Assembly: GCA_965216635.1 (NCBI GenBank) | Contig: OZ244188.1 | Location: forward strand, 1,536,001 to 1,600,000 | DNA: 64,000 nt | Direction of reading: 5' to 3' | DNA from: a bacterium | GTDB lineage: Bacteria; SAR324; XYD2-FULL-50-16; G965216635 | Shown: positions 9,798-19,713 of the stretch, piece by piece | Layout of the letters: each line of letters opens with the position of its first letter | Numbering within the stretch: position 1 is the stretch's first letter | The notes under the pieces: generated by a model | The model's input: only the letters and a program-made list of their open reading frames with translations | The model's database searches: none | What the model was told of the DNA's origin: nothing | Translations under genes and position numbers: made by a program

Positions 9798-10008
9798 TGA
9801 AAAAAACAACCCAAATCAGCTGCAAAACAACAGTAGAAGTAGTAATCTACCACTGCTCTTTTTATTCGCTTTCGTTAAATTGTAAAAGCAAAATGTCCCA
9901 TGCGGAATTTTACTAAATTGAGCCTCTTCTGTAGAGCCAGTCAAAGTAGCGACAGAAGATTTTCACCCTTGTATGGTAATTCTCTTGTATGGCTAATTCA
10001 ACAAGTCA

Positions 10009-10389
10009 ATGACTATTAAAAGACTAAATTCACTAAAAGTAGCAGCAGCAATAGGTCCCTATTCCCACGCTTCTGTCGTAGGTGAAACTATCTATCTATC
10101 GGGACAACTTGGGTTAGATCAAGAGGGCAATCTTGTTTCTGGAGGAATTGAAAGCGAAACCAAAAAAGTATTAAAAAATATTAAAGTACTGTTAGACGAT
10201 TTCGGTAGCGATTTAAGTGCTGTAATTAAGACTACTATTTTTTTAAAAAATATGGAAGATTATCAAAAAGTAAATGAGATTTATAATTCCAGTTTTATAA
10301 AGTATAGACCCGCTAGAAGTTGTGTTGAGGTTAGTGCTTTACCCAAAGGAGCAAACATAGAAATAGAGGTTATTGCAAATGTATTCTAA
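10009..10389 (+). CDS. ridA: RidA/YjgF family imine deaminase
   Basis: AIGPYS, YLSGQLG, RPARSCVEVSALPKGANIEIEVIA. Confidence 0.93.
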   Translation: MTIKRLNSLKVAAAIGPYSHASVVGETIYLSGQLGLDQEGNLVSGGIESETKKVLKNIKVLLDDFGSDLSAVIKTTIFLKNMEDYQKVNEIYNSSFIKYRPARSCVEVSALPKGANIEIEVIANVF

Positions 10390-11887
10390 AAAATATTTTT
10401 ATATTAGATGGATTAGTGTCGCTATTGTTGTCGGAATAATAATACAAGGGGTTCTTTTTTTATTTCCTACCTTTCTCTTTGCAGCCACTGCGGAGCACAG
10501 TTTAACTTCTTTGGCTTTTCCCTTACCTTTGGATAGCTATAAAGACGAAGGGTTGTCTCTTTTAAAAATTCTTAAACATAGAATTCAAGTAGAACCTTTT
10601 AACCTTGTAGTTTCTCTTATTTTTCTTATGGCTATTATACACGCCTTTACAGCCAATAAAATCACTCAGTTCTCGCATTCTTTAGAGACTCGCCACCACG
10701 AGAAACAAAAAAAATTGAAACAAAAAGAAACCCCTAGTTTAGCCGCAGAATTTACTCATTTTTTTGGAGAAGTGGAGGCTGTTTTTGGTATTTGGCTAGT
10801 AGTATTACTTTTCTTTTTTCTTGGTTTTAAAGGTTGGCATGCTTTTGAAAGCTACATCAATAACGTGAAATATACAGAGGCAGTTTTTGTAGTTGTAATT
10901 ATGGCTATGGCAGCTTCTCGTCCCATCCTGCTTTTAGCGTCTAATAATATCAAAATTATAGCTAATCTATTCGGTGGAACTACTGCTGCCTACTGGTTTT
11001 GTATATTATCCTTTCCTCCTTTGATTGGCTCTTTTATTACAGAGCCAGCGGCGATGACGATTGCAGCTCTTTTATTGGCAAAACAGTTTTATGAAAAAAA
11101 ACCTTCTACTAGGTTTGCTTATGCTACCATCGGTTTACTTTTTGTCAATGTTTCTGTAGGAGGCACACTAACACATTTTGCAGCTCCGCCTGTTCTTATT
11201 GTAGCGAACGCCTGGGATTGGGGTATAGTTCATATGGCTAGCAATTTTGGTTGGAAAGCTGCTTTAGGAATTCTTACCGCTAATACAGTCTATTTTATTA
11301 TTTTTCGCTCTGAATTTAAAAAAATGGAACCACACAAAGACTCCGATATTGCTGAAAAAATTCCGTTAGTTATTACAGCAGTGCATATTTTATTTATTGT
11401 GTGGACTGTGCTGACAGGTCACTACATTCCTTTATTTGTAGGAGGTTTCTTATTTTTTCTAGCCTTTGCGCAGGCGACTAGAGAATTTCAATCTAGAATC
11501 AACCTCAAACCGCCCCTTTTAGTCGGTTTTTTTCTGGCAGGACTAGTTACTCACGGAGGATTGCAGGCTTGGTGGATAGCTCCCGTTTTGAGTAGCTTAT
11601 CAGAATTGCAACTTTTTTGGGGAGCTACTATTTTGACTGCCTTCAACGACAACGCAGCGATTACCTATCTCAGCTCTCTTGTGCCGAATTTTTCTGATAG
11701 TATGAAATACGCAGTAGTAGCAGGAGCCTTAACAGGTGGAGGACTGACTGTGATTGCCAATGCTCCAAATCCTGCTGGACAATCTATTTTGAGTAAATAT
11801 TTTAAAAATGGAGTCTCACCTCTTGGATTAGTAGCTGGAGCATTAATACCTACTTTGATTATGGCTGCATTCTTTCTTCTTTTATAA
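10373..11887 (+). CDS. Putative Na+/H+ antiporter (IT superfamily, DUF1504-like); start uncertain
   Basis: Multi-TM protein with GEVEAVFGIW, GSFITEPAAMT, LTAFNDNAAITYL, GGGLTVIANAPNPAG. Confidence 0.8.
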   Translation: MQMYSKKYFYIRWISVAIVVGIIIQGVLFLFPTFLFAATAEHSLTSLAFPLPLDSYKDEGLSLLKILKHRIQVEPFNLVVSLIFLMAIIHAFTANKITQFSHSLETRHHEKQKKLKQKETPSLAAEFTHFFGEVEAVFGIWLVVLLFFFLGFKGWHAFESYINNVKYTEAVFVVVIMAMAASRPILLLASNNIKIIANLFGGTTAAYWFCILSFPPLIGSFITEPAAMTIAALLLAKQFYEKKPSTRFAYATIGLLFVNVSVGGTLTHFAAPPVLIVANAWDWGIVHMASNFGWKAALGILTANTVYFIIFRSEFKKMEPHKDSDIAEKIPLVITAVHILFIVWTVLTGHYIPLFVGGFLFFLAFAQATREFQSRINLKPPLLVGFFLAGLVTHGGLQAWWIAPVLSSLSELQLFWGATILTAFNDNAAITYLSSLVPNFSDSMKYAVVAGALTGGGLTVIANAPNPAGQSILSKYFKNGVSPLGLVAGALIPTLIMAAFFLLL

Positions 11888-12048
11888 AAATATTAAGGAA
11901 AAATTCTTTATTTTAACAAGAGAAAATCTTAGCTTGAGTTGTCTAGAACTTGCTTGAAGAGTTACTAAAATGGATTGGAGTATTAAAGCAAAACCTTTGA
12001 ATTGCTAAAAACCCAAGTTCAGAGTAGCTCACCCTAAAATCATACGCT

Positions 12049-13464
12049 ATGAATACCACCAAAAAACTGCAATACGATATCTTAAAAACACCGGTTAACA
12101 GAATGCTTTTTCTGATGGCCACACCCGTAAGTCTGGGTATGCTGTCAACATTTTTGTTTCAGGTAGTGGATACATTTTTTGTAGGTAGACTTGGATCAGC
12201 GGAACTCGCTGCACTTGCTTTTGCTTCCACCGTCGACTTTCTCTTGGTTGGCATTTTTGTAGGTATGTCCATTGGTGTTTCTTCTGTGATAGCAAAGGCT
12301 TCCGGTGAACACAATCACCAGAAAGTAAAGCAATTAGCAACCCTTTCTCTGCTCCTTACGTTTTTACTTTCCATTACACTCAGCGTAATCGGATATTTCA
12401 CCATTGACATTGTATTTGGTGTTTTAGGCGCAGGCAGTAAAACACTTACGTTCATTAGAGAGTATATGCAAATCCTCTATATTTCTTTCCCACTCTTGAT
12501 GATAGGGATCGTTGGTAGTGGAATCATAAGAGCAACTGGAGTCATTCGGCTTTCAGAAATTATATTTGGAATTGCAGGTGTCATTAATCTTGTTTTTGAC
12601 TATTTACTCATTTTTGGTATTGGCCCCTTTCCCGAATTAGAGTTTAAGGGTGCGGCAATGGCATCGGCGCTGTCATTTACGTTTACGTTTATCGGCCTGA
12701 TGTTCCTTATGTTCCAAAAAAAGCTTATCAGTATACGAGTAATTACTTCGTGGATAAAAAACATAACAGCATATCGAGAAATCTTGCGTCTAGCACTGCC
12801 CGCCATTGGTATGCAAATACTCGTGCCTGCAATCGGCATGTTTGTAATATTTTTATTGTCACGATTTGGAACAGAGATTGTGGCAGCTTATGGAGTTGCA
12901 GCTAGGATTGAGGCGTTAGCTCTAGTAGGAATCTTTGCTATAAGTATGTCAGTGACCCCGTTTATCGCCCAAAACTTTGGAGCAAAAGAGCATGATAGAA
13001 TCGATGAGGCAATCGTTTTTGCAGGTAAGACATCAGTGTATCTAGGAATGCTCCTGTTTTTAGTATTAGCGATTTTTGGTTCGCATGTAGCTAAAATTTT
13101 CAGTGCAGATCTAGGTATCATACAACTGGTAAGTCTTTATTTTAAGATAGTAGCAATCTCGTATGGGCTATATGGCATAATGAACGTTACTTCAGCTATT
13201 TTCAACGGACTTCAGATGCCTCAACAATCTTTACAAATAGCGCTTGTTAAAACTTTCGTCTTTAGTGTGCCATTAATTATTATAGGCAGTTTCTTTAGTG
13301 CGGAGGTGATCTTCGTGGCACTCGCCGTTAGTAATATACTTGGCGGATTGTATGCTGGGGTATTGATGAAGAAATCTATGAGAAAGTGGAACAGACCTCT
13401 TGCTAAAGTTAATGTATTGCAGTCATACGTAAACGATATAAAACGAGTGTTAAGAATAAAATGA
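12049..13464 (+). CDS. MATE family efflux transporter
   Basis: 12-TM pattern, VDTFFVGRLG, NLVFDYLLIFG.GPFPEL, AAYGVAARIE, AQNFGA. Confidence 0.9.
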   Translation: MNTTKKLQYDILKTPVNRMLFLMATPVSLGMLSTFLFQVVDTFFVGRLGSAELAALAFASTVDFLLVGIFVGMSIGVSSVIAKASGEHNHQKVKQLATLSLLLTFLLSITLSVIGYFTIDIVFGVLGAGSKTLTFIREYMQILYISFPLLMIGIVGSGIIRATGVIRLSEIIFGIAGVINLVFDYLLIFGIGPFPELEFKGAAMASALSFTFTFIGLMFLMFQKKLISIRVITSWIKNITAYREILRLALPAIGMQILVPAIGMFVIFLLSRFGTEIVAAYGVAARIEALALVGIFAISMSVTPFIAQNFGAKEHDRIDEAIVFAGKTSVYLGMLLFLVLAIFGSHVAKIFSADLGIIQLVSLYFKIVAISYGLYGIMNVTSAIFNGLQMPQQSLQIALVKTFVFSVPLIIIGSFFSAEVIFVALAVSNILGGLYAGVLMKKSMRKWNRPLAKVNVLQSYVNDIKRVLRIK

Positions 13465-13890
13465 TGCCGGCTACTTTTGCCTACAAAATAAAAATAACCC
13501 TTTTTAAGGATAGTCAAGTTTTGTAATATTTTGCACTACGGCATTGGAAAAGTTTTTGTCTCTGGAAATACTCTTATTGCTATTTAGTTGCATAAGGGTT
13601 ATCGCCAAGATGCTTTCTAGCACTTTAGCTCTCTATTTTTAGAAAATGCAAGATTTATAGAATTTTTGTTCTATAATATTCCTGCGAGACAAAAATTTGT
13701 GAAAAATACTCACATACTAATCTTATTGCCTTAAATTATTTATGAGCTATAGTAAAATATCAAAATAACCAACTGTATGAAAAATCGAAATACGATAGAA
13801 TTTTTGTGTAAGAGTGTCAGTGGCACTCTTGCAATAGACAATAATAAGTCTACACCAACAAAGCGGGCTCTTTTACAGCCCGCTTTTGAT

Positions 13891-13990
13891 AAGACTAAAT
13901 TTTTTGGAGTTTCGCTTTTGACGATATGCTCCGCAATTTCTGCGTATTTTTGCCTTGCCTAGACTTTGTCTAGTGCCTCAAAAAGGTCTT
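13891..13990. mobile_element. Probable short MITE relative with AAGAC...GTCTT termini
   Basis: Imperfect inverted ends AAGACTAAATTTTTTGGAG / CTCAAAAAGGTCTT; internal TGCCTTGCCTAG resembles the element at 63693-63834. Confidence 0.35.
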
Positions 13991-14040
13991 AAGATTAGTT
14001 CGGCAATGTATGAAAATAGAATTTTTTTTTTTAATTTTTG

Positions 14041-14049
14041 TGTTATAAT
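14041..14049 (+). promoter_or_regulatory. Extended -10 promoter element upstream of sucA
   Basis: TG-T-TATAAT ending ~25 bp before the ATG at 14074. Confidence 0.5.
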
Positions 14050-14073
14050 GATTTAATTTTACAAAAAACTATA

Positions 14074-16860
14074 ATGAAACAATTACAAATGGATGCCTCT
14101 ACAGTAGAGCAGATGTACGCACTTTACCAAAAAGATCCTAACAGTTTAGACGCAAGTTGGCAAGGTTTTTTTAAAGGAGTAGAGTTTTCTCAGACTAGTT
14201 CGCTGGGTTCTGGATTATTGGGTTCGCAGTCTCAGTCTGGAGTTTTTATAAATCAGGAAATGAGTACTAATGGTAACGGCTTGAGCGATAAGGTTCGCAA
14301 GGAAACCAATATTTTTAATATAATTTTAGCCTACCGCAGCCGAGGACATCTCTTTGCAGATATTTCTCCTGTGCGAGAGAGAGAAAAATATACTCCGACC
14401 ATTTCTTTAGATAAATTTCAGCTCAACGAAGAAGATTTAGATCTAACCTTTAATGCAGGAGCAGAGATAGGATTGGGCAAAGCTACTTTAAGACAAATCA
14501 TTGAACATTTGGAAGTGACTTACTGCGGGACTATAGGTTCGGAATTTATGTATATTCGCAACCCTGATGCGATTGAATGGATTAGTAGTAGGATTGAAAA
14601 AAATAGAAATAAACCAAGTTTTTCTAAAAATAAAAAACTACGGATTTTGGATATTCTCAATAAAGCGGTAAGTTTTGAAAAATTTATGCACACTCGTTTT
14701 GTTGGGCAAAAAAGATTTTCTTTAGAAGGAAGCGAATCTATCATTCCAGCGCTAGATAGTATTATCAATGTAGGAGCTAAACTAGGAATTGAAGAATTTG
14801 TAATTGGTATGGCTCATAGAGGCCGTTTGAATATCTTGGCAAATATTATGGAAAAGGAAGCGGAAACTATTTTTTCTGAATTTTTTGGTAGGGCTTATGA
14901 AGGCGACCAATTTGGAGGAGATGTGAAATATCACATGGGATTTTCTTCGGATAAATATACTACTTTGGGAAAAAGAATTCATATGAGTATGCCTCCCAAC
15001 CCTTCGCATTTGGAAGCAGTTAATCCAGTTGTAGAAGGTATTGTGGGAGCAAAAATTCGCGATAGATATAGTATGGATCATAGCAAAATTGCTCCTATTC
15101 TTATTCACGGAGATGCAGCTATTGCAGGGCAGGGAATCAATTATGAAGTATCACAAATGTCCGAATTAAAAGGCTATAAAACAGGCGGAACTATTCATTT
15201 GGTTCTAAACAATCAAATAGGTTTCACGACTGGTTATAAAGATGCTCGTAGCAGTACCTACTGCACTGATTTAGCAAAAGTAACTAAATCTCCAGTCTTT
15301 CATGTCAATGGAGACGATATTGAAGCAGTAGTGCATATTATCCGTTTGGCTTTGGAATTCAGACAAGAATTTTCCAGAGATATTTATATTGATATTATTA
15401 GTTACCGCAAACACGGACACAACGAAGGAGACGATCCTCGTTTTACACAACCCGACCTTTATAAAAAAATAAACCAACATCCCGATCCTCGCCAGATTTA
15501 TATCAATCGGCTAATGAAAGATGGTTTTATTGAAGAAGGTTATTTAGAAAAAATTGACGGAGAGTTTTGCTCTCATTTAGACAAACAATTAGAAAAAGCG
15601 AAAAAAGAAGATCACGGACAACTTAATTCATTTTTTGCAGGGGACTGGAGAGGAATGAATTTGCCATTAAAAGAAGAAATTTATAGCTCGCCTGTGAGCG
15701 GAGTAGATGAAAAAAAATTAGAAGAAGTTGCTAAAGAAATCACCATTTTACCGAAAGAATGCAAGTTTTTTTATAAAGCGGAAAAAATCTACAATGCTAG
15801 ATATAATTTGTTTTTTAAAGAAAAAAAGGTGGATTGGGCGTTAGGAGAGCAGCTAGCTTGGGCTACCCTTTTGGCAGAAGGTCATAATGTTCGTATCAGC
15901 GGACAAGATGTCCAAAGAGGAACTTTTGCCCACCGCCACGCTGTACTTTTATTGGAAAATTATGAAAATGAAACAGAATATATCCCACTAGAGAGTATTT
16001 GTAGCAATCAAGGCCGCTTTGAAATTATCAACTCCCTACTCTCTGAATACGGGGTACTAGGCTTTGAATATGGTTTCTCTATGGCATCCCCGAATACTCT
16101 TACCGTTTGGGAAGCACAGTTTGGTGATTTTCACAACGGGGCACAGACGATCATTGACCAATTTGTAGTTTCTGGGGAAAGTAAGTGGCAAAGAATGAAT
16201 GGACTTGTGATCCAATTACCCCACGGTTATGAAGGACAGGGACCTGAACATTCTTCTGCGAGAATAGAGAGATTTTTGGATCTTTGTGCGGAAAATAATA
16301 TTATAGTTGCCAACTGCACAACTCCTGCAAATTTTTTCCATTTTTTAAGACGGCAAATAGTGCGCAGTTTTCGTAAACCCGCAATTGTTTTTACTCCTAA
16401 AAGTATGCTACGGAATCCCGAATGTCAAAGCTCCATTTCTGAAATGATCGGTGAGACAAAGTTTCAAGAAATCATAGATGATACTATAGAGAATGTGGAA
16501 CAGGTACGCAAAGTTTTGTTTTGCAGTGGAAAACTTTATTACGATTTGCTAGCTTACAAAAAGGAAAAAAATATAGAACATACAGCTATTGTGAGACTAG
16601 AACAGATTTACCCTTTGAGAACAGATATATTGCAAAAAATTAAGAACAAATATTCTAATGCAAAAACATTTCTTTGGGTGCAAGAAGAGCCTGCTAATAT
16701 GGGAGCTTGGACTTTTATAAACACTCGGTTTCCTAAAGAATTTGAAATAGAATTAATTGCCAGAGAGGAAAGTAGTGTTACAGCTACTGGTTTTATTCAA
16801 CAGCATTTGGAAGACCAAAAGCAGTTGGTAGAGGATTGTTTTGTTCCCATCAATATTTAA
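14074..16860 (+). CDS. sucA: 2-oxoglutarate dehydrogenase E1
   Basis: KRFSLEG, GMAHRGRLN, NPSHLEAV, HGDAAIAGQG, WEAQFGDF, LPHGYEGQGPEHSSAR. Confidence 0.97.
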   Translation: MKQLQMDASTVEQMYALYQKDPNSLDASWQGFFKGVEFSQTSSLGSGLLGSQSQSGVFINQEMSTNGNGLSDKVRKETNIFNIILAYRSRGHLFADISPVREREKYTPTISLDKFQLNEEDLDLTFNAGAEIGLGKATLRQIIEHLEVTYCGTIGSEFMYIRNPDAIEWISSRIEKNRNKPSFSKNKKLRILDILNKAVSFEKFMHTRFVGQKRFSLEGSESIIPALDSIINVGAKLGIEEFVIGMAHRGRLNILANIMEKEAETIFSEFFGRAYEGDQFGGDVKYHMGFSSDKYTTLGKRIHMSMPPNPSHLEAVNPVVEGIVGAKIRDRYSMDHSKIAPILIHGDAAIAGQGINYEVSQMSELKGYKTGGTIHLVLNNQIGFTTGYKDARSSTYCTDLAKVTKSPVFHVNGDDIEAVVHIIRLALEFRQEFSRDIYIDIISYRKHGHNEGDDPRFTQPDLYKKINQHPDPRQIYINRLMKDGFIEEGYLEKIDGEFCSHLDKQLEKAKKEDHGQLNSFFAGDWRGMNLPLKEEIYSSPVSGVDEKKLEEVAKEITILPKECKFFYKAEKIYNARYNLFFKEKKVDWALGEQLAWATLLAEGHNVRISGQDVQRGTFAHRHAVLLLENYENETEYIPLESICSNQGRFEIINSLLSEYGVLGFEYGFSMASPNTLTVWEAQFGDFHNGAQTIIDQFVVSGESKWQRMNGLVIQLPHGYEGQGPEHSSARIERFLDLCAENNIIVANCTTPANFFHFLRRQIVRSFRKPAIVFTPKSMLRNPECQSSISEMIGETKFQEIIDDTIENVEQVRKVLFCSGKLYYDLLAYKKEKNIEHTAIVRLEQIYPLRTDILQKIKNKYSNAKTFLWVQEEPANMGAWTFINTRFPKEFEIELIAREESSVTATGFIQQHLEDQKQLVEDCFVPINI

Positions 16861-16864
16861 AAAA

Positions 16865-17848
16865 ATGAAAAAAATAGTATTATTTAACAACAAAGGAGGC
16901 GTTGGCAAAACCACATTTTTATTTCATTTAGGATACGCATTAGAATCTTTAGGTAAAAAAATTTTTTTTGTGGATTTAGACCCTCAATGCAATCTAACTA
17001 CCTACCTATTGACAGACTCTGAAATAGAAGAACAGATTAATGCAAAAGAAACTATTTACGATGGAGTATCTCCATTGATAGAAGGCACAGGAGATATAAG
17101 CGAATTAAAGCCATTCAAAAAAAAAGATAGAAATATTTGGTTGCTGTCTGGAGATATAAAATTGAGTCAATTTGAAGATATTTTAGCGTCTGCTTGGTTA
17201 GAATCAATGGCAGGACAACAAAGAGGATTTAGAATAATATCATCAATTTATAGAATAATAGACAAGATTTCTAGGGTTAAAGATATTGATTATATTCTTA
17301 TAGATGTGGGTCCTAATCTTGGATCTTTAAATAAAACGACTCTTTTAGCTTGTGATAACTTCTTTATACCTGTAATTCCTGATTTATTTTCAATTAGAGG
17401 TTTAGAAAATATTGGAAAAATTTTTATTCAATGGATTACGCAATGGGAAAATATGAAAAGTAAGTTAGATTTAAACTTTTCAATTCAAGAAGGAAAACCA
17501 ACATTCTCTGGCTACATAGACCAAAATTTTAATATTTATAGAGCAGATAAAACAAAAAGTTGGGAGTACTGGAGTAAAATAATTCCTGAAAAAATAGATA
17601 GTAATATAGTTAAACCTTTTAAAGAAAACTCTAAAGATTTAGTAATAGATTTAAACGGTGGTTTTAATTGTTTAGGAAAATTTAAAAATTACCACAGTTT
17701 AGCTCCTCTTTCACAGAAACTTTTAAAGCCTATTTTTGAACTCAAATACAACGATGAAGGAATGAATGCTGAATATAATAATGTTATAAAGCAATGCAAG
17801 GTAGAATTTAATGAAATTGCAGAAAAAGTAACCCAATTTTTAAATTAA
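16865..17848 (+). CDS. Orphan ParA/AAA_31-family ATPase inserted between sucA and sucB
   Basis: Deviant Walker A NNKGGVGKTT, DLDPQCNLT, IDVGPNLG; more AT-rich than its neighbours. Confidence 0.85.
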   Translation: MKKIVLFNNKGGVGKTTFLFHLGYALESLGKKIFFVDLDPQCNLTTYLLTDSEIEEQINAKETIYDGVSPLIEGTGDISELKPFKKKDRNIWLLSGDIKLSQFEDILASAWLESMAGQQRGFRIISSIYRIIDKISRVKDIDYILIDVGPNLGSLNKTTLLACDNFFIPVIPDLFSIRGLENIGKIFIQWITQWENMKSKLDLNFSIQEGKPTFSGYIDQNFNIYRADKTKSWEYWSKIIPEKIDSNIVKPFKENSKDLVIDLNGGFNCLGKFKNYHSLAPLSQKLLKPIFELKYNDEGMNAEYNNVIKQCKVEFNEIAEKVTQFLN

Positions 17849-17887
17849 AGTGTTTTATCAAACACTATATAAATACTTAAGATAATT

Positions 17888-19702
17888 ATGGAACAAACTA
17901 TTACAGCTCCCAGTCCGGGGGAATCTATTACAGAAGTCATTTTAAACTGGACCAAAAAGGACGGAGATTTTATCAAAAAGAATGAAGTTGTTGCAGAATT
18001 TGAATCCGAAAAAGCTTCCTTAGAAGTTGTAGCTGAACAGGATGGAATTTTAAAAATATCTGTAGAAGATGGTAAGGAATGCTTAGTGGGGCAAGAAGTA
18101 GGTAAGATAATGGAAGGAGAAAAAGCTAGCAGTGCCAACAATGAAGCCAGTAATAAAACCAGTAATGAAACCAGCAATGAAACCAGCAATAAAACCAGCA
18201 ATGAAGCCAGTAATGCAACCAGTACTGAAGAGGAGAATGCAAAGCAACCAGAAACCAGCAAAACTAACACAACAGAGGGTGCCAATAAAGAAGAAATGGT
18301 AAAAGCAGAAAAACCTAGTCCACCTAAAATGGGTAAAAAATTAGAAGTTATTATTCCATCTTCTGGTGAATCTATTACGGAAGTAGAAGTTGGAAGCTGG
18401 TTTAAAAAGGATGGTGAGTTTGTAGTAAAAGATGAAGAACTTGTAGAAATTGAAAGTGAAAAGGCAAACTTGATAATCGGTGCCGATATGGCAGGTATTC
18501 TTTCCATAAAAATCGAGCAAGGAAAAACAGCTCGTGTAGGTGATATTGTAGCGGTTATTGTAGAAACCAGTGAGCTTCCAGCGGTTTCTCCTGATGTAGC
18601 AGATGTGCCATCCACTGGGGAGATAATAGAACCAAAAATTTCAAAGGAAGAAACTCCAAAAGAAGCAAGCCTAAAAGAGAAAACTCCAGCGGAAAAAACC
18701 AGCGAATCAGTAGCAGAACCAGCAATCTCTAAAACAACTCAAAGCTTTGCATCTCCTGCAGCTGCAAAGATGATGAAAGAAGAAAATATTATTTTAGAAA
18801 AAGGTAGTGGTAAGGGAGATAGAATCACAAAAGCCGATGTGCTAGAGGCAAAACAAGAACCTACCTCACTTGAGAAAGAAAATAAAAATGCCTTTCCGCC
18901 TGCTTTTTCCAAGGGGACAGAAGAAACAATTTTAGCTCACGAAAATTTGAGTGAAAGAAAATTGGAAGTAGATCTTTCACAGACTTATAGAGCAGATAGA
19001 AAAATAGAAAACAGAAAAATTAGTTTTATCCGTAAAAAAATTGCAGAAAAATTGCTTTTCGTGAAGCAAAATACAGCGATGTTGACTACCTTTAATGAAT
19101 TGAATATGGGAGCTATTCAAAAGGTTCGTGCAGAGTATAAAAATTCTTTCCAAAAGGTCTACAACATCAAACTAGGTTTTTTATCTTTTTTTGTAAAAGC
19201 TAGCTGTTTGGCTTTGAAGGAATTGCCCGAAGTCAATTCACAATTAGATTTAGAAAAAGCAGAGCAGTCTATTCCCAATTATGTGGATATGGGAATAGCC
19301 GTTAGTAGTCCAAAAGGTTTAATGGTTCCTGTGATTAAGGATGCAGATAAAATGGGTCTAGCCCAGATTGAATTAGAAATTTCTCGTCTTGCAAGAAAAG
19401 CAAGAGAAGGTAAATTGAAAGTAGAAGAAATGACGGGAGGCACTTTTACCATTACGAACGGAGGGGTTTTTGGCTCTATGTTATCTACTCCTATTTTAAA
19501 CCCACCTCAGAGTGCTATTTTGGGTATGCACAATATAGTGCAAAGAGCTGTCGTTATAGATGGCAAAATAGAAATAGCAGATATTATGTATCTTGCTTTG
19601 AGTTATGATCACCGAGTTATTGATGGCAAGGAAGCAGTGAGTTTTCTTGTAAGGACAAGGGATTATCTTGAGAATCCTGTGAGAATGTTATTGGAATTGT
19701 AA
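17888..19702 (+). CDS. sucB: Dihydrolipoamide succinyltransferase E2 with two lipoyl domains
   Basis: Two GESITEV...ESEKA lipoyl domains, E3-binding ASPAAAK...GRITKAD-like segment, catalytic [10 protein letters not shown]. Confidence 0.95.
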   Translation: MEQTITAPSPGESITEVILNWTKKDGDFIKKNEVVAEFESEKASLEVVAEQDGILKISVEDGKECLVGQEVGKIMEGEKASSANNEASNKTSNETSNETSNKTSNEASNATSTEEENAKQPETSKTNTTEGANKEEMVKAEKPSPPKMGKKLEVIIPSSGESITEVEVGSWFKKDGEFVVKDEELVEIESEKANLIIGADMAGILSIKIEQGKTARVGDIVAVIVETSELPAVSPDVADVPSTGEIIEPKISKEETPKEASLKEKTPAEKTSESVAEPAISKTTQSFASPAAAKMMKEENIILEKGSGKGDRITKADVLEAKQEPTSLEKENKNAFPPAFSKGTEETILAHENLSERKLEVDLSQTYRADRKIENRKISFIRKKIAEKLLFVKQNTAMLTTFNELNMGAIQKVRAEYKNSFQKVYNIKLGFLSFFVKASCLALKELPEVNSQLDLEKAEQSIPNYVDMGIAVSSPKGLMVPVIKDADKMGLAQIELEISRLARKAREGKLKVEEMTGGTFTITNGGVFGSMLSTPILNPPQSAILGMHNIVQRAVVIDGKIEIADIMYLALSYDHRVIDGKEAVSFLVRTRDYLENPVRMLLEL

Positions 19703-19713
19703 GAAGAAAATTT

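Noticed and set aside
13777..13962. 61-aa ORF
   Set aside because: It lies in hairpin/MITE-like DNA and has no coding signature.
16865..17848. Plasmid or chromosome partition locus
   Set aside because: No parB or parS-like palindrome was seen, and the gene sits within sucAB.
17845..18615. 256-aa minus-strand ORF
   Set aside because: Antisense shadow of sucB; its hydrophobic stretch is the reverse of the linker repeat.
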